A DNA stretch of 64,000 nucleotides, taken from NCBI GenBank assembly GCA_902533075.1, contig CACAKN010000003.1, positions 11,731-75,730 on the forward strand. Reading direction: 5' to 3'. A program made the position numbers and the translations under genes. The notes beneath the pieces are model-generated. The model was not told the DNA's origin. It did not search any database and was given only the letters and a program-made list of their open reading frames with translations. Shown in pieces: positions 62,674 through 64,000 of this stretch. How positions within the stretch are numbered: position 1 is the first letter of the stretch; every line of letters starts with the position of its first letter. Source of the stretch: an uncultured Pelagibacteraceae bacterium. GTDB taxonomy: Bacteria; Pseudomonadota; Alphaproteobacteria; Pelagibacterales; Pelagibacteraceae.

Positions 62674-63972
62674 TTACCTACCAATACTGTAATATTTAAA
62701 ACCTTGGCTATTTAATTTATTAGGAGAATAAATATTTCTCATATCAAAAATTATAAATTTTTTCTTTCTAACTAAATTTTTAAAATTTATCGATTTAAAA
62801 TCGTTCCATTCAGTATGAATTATTACAAGATCAGCACCCACTATCGCTTTTTTAATAGAGTTTTCGTAAAATACATTTTTATTTCTTTTAAATTCTTTTT
62901 TATAACCTGTTGGATCAAAATATCTTATAATTGCTCCTTTTTTTGACAAAGCAGGTATCATAGTTAAACTTGATGAATCTCTCATATCATCAGTATTTGC
63001 TTTAAATGTAACACCCAAAAATGTTATTTTTTTATTTTTAATTTTCTTATTTAGTATGTCATAAACTCTTGATAACAAAATATTTGATCTATTCTTATTT
63101 GATTTTACTACTGACTTTATTACTGATAAATTTGTCCTAAATTTATCTGCAGTAGAAATTATTGCTTTTGTATCTTTGGGAAAACAAGAGCCTCCATAAG
63201 CCGGACCAGCTCTTAAAAAACGACTCCCTATTCTTTTATCTAAACCCATGCCAATTGAAATATCTTCAATATTTATCCCTGTTTTTTCGCATAAATTTGC
63301 TATTTCATTTATAAATGTGATTTTTGTGGCAAGAAATGCATTTGAAGCATATTTTATTAATTCAGCTGCCCGTCTTGAACAGTGAATATATTGTGCACCT
63401 TTTGAAATTAAAGGAGCATATAAGTTTCTTAAAATACGATTTGATTTACTATCATTAGAGCCAATTACAATTCTATCTGGATACGTAAAATCTCTTATAG
63501 CCTCGCCTTCTCTTAAAAATTCTGGATTAGAAACAACTGAAAATTTATTCTTTTTATTTTTTTTTGATATAATTTTTTCTATTTCATCTCCAGTTGTAAC
63601 TGGTACAGTAGATTTGGTTATTATTATTTTAAATTTATTTAGTGACAAACTTATATCTCTTGCCACACTAAAAATTTGTGTTAAATCTGCGGAACTTGAG
63701 CCTTTTTTTGTTGGAGTGCCTACACATATAAAAATAATGTCAGAGTCTTTAATAGATTTTTTTAAATCTGTAGAAAATGATAACTTTTGGTTCTTATTAT
63801 TCTTAACTACTAGCTCTGACAATCCAGGTTCATAAATTGGAATTTTCCCTTTTTTTAACGAATTTATCTTTGATGTATCTTTGTCTACACAAATCACATC
63901 ATTACCTAAATCTGAAAAACACACGCCACTCACAAGTCCAACATAGCCGGTACCTATCATACATAACTTCAT
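62674..63972 (-). CDS. ugd: UDP-glucose 6-dehydrogenase
   Basis: GTGYVGL, NPEFLREG, YGGSCFPKD. Confidence 0.95.
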   Translation of the reverse strand: MKLCMIGTGYVGLVSGVCFSDLGNDVICVDKDTSKINSLKKGKIPIYEPGLSELVVKNNKNQKLSFSTDLKKSIKDSDIIFICVGTPTKKGSSSADLTQIFSVARDISLSLNKFKIIITKSTVPVTTGDEIEKIISKKNKKNKFSVVSNPEFLREGEAIRDFTYPDRIVIGSNDSKSNRILRNLYAPLISKGAQYIHCSRRAAELIKYASNAFLATKITFINEIANLCEKTGINIEDISIGMGLDKRIGSRFLRAGPAYGGSCFPKDTKAIISTADKFRTNLSVIKSVVKSNKNRSNILLSRVYDILNKKIKNKKITFLGVTFKANTDDMRDSSSLTMIPALSKKGAIIRYFDPTGYKKEFKRNKNVFYENSIKKAIVGADLVIIHTEWNDFKSINFKNLVRKKKFIIFDMRNIYSPNKLNSQGFKYYSIGR

Positions 63973-64000
63973 AATTTAGAAATTTCTAAAGTTGAATTAA

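Noticed and set aside
1-64000. CRISPR arrays, IS elements, rRNA
   Set aside because: No spaced direct repeats, transposase ORFs or rRNA-like sequence seen.

Overview
Very AT-rich, tightly packed alphaproteobacterial chromosome segment; gene content and order point to SAR11/Pelagibacter (inference, no database search run). It holds about 70 mostly housekeeping genes: rib operon, glyA, gatCAB, pyrBC', topA, soxBDAG, hppA, rplM-rpsI, metY and others. It also has tRNA-Glu(TTC), tRNA-Ser(GCT) and a glycosyl/methyltransferase cluster at 0.7-7 kb. The most unusual part is 6.9-9.1 kb. A lone Cre/Xer-type tyrosine recombinase has a single-copy 11-7-11 palindrome (dif/lox-like) 4 bp upstream of its ATG, overlapping its own near-consensus promoter, at the point where gene orientation flips from + to mostly -. 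This is a candidate one-recombinase chromosome-dimer-resolution module. Next to it are an unlisted 58-aa membrane ORF, a five-hairpin ~180-nt RNA upstream of ogt, and ~450 bp of non-coding DNA with IHF-like repeats. Other points of interest are a probable tandem SAM riboswitch before metY, a B12-binding radical-SAM gene heading soxBDAG, and a coupled O-methyltransferase-trhO pair. No CRISPR, IS or prophage was seen.
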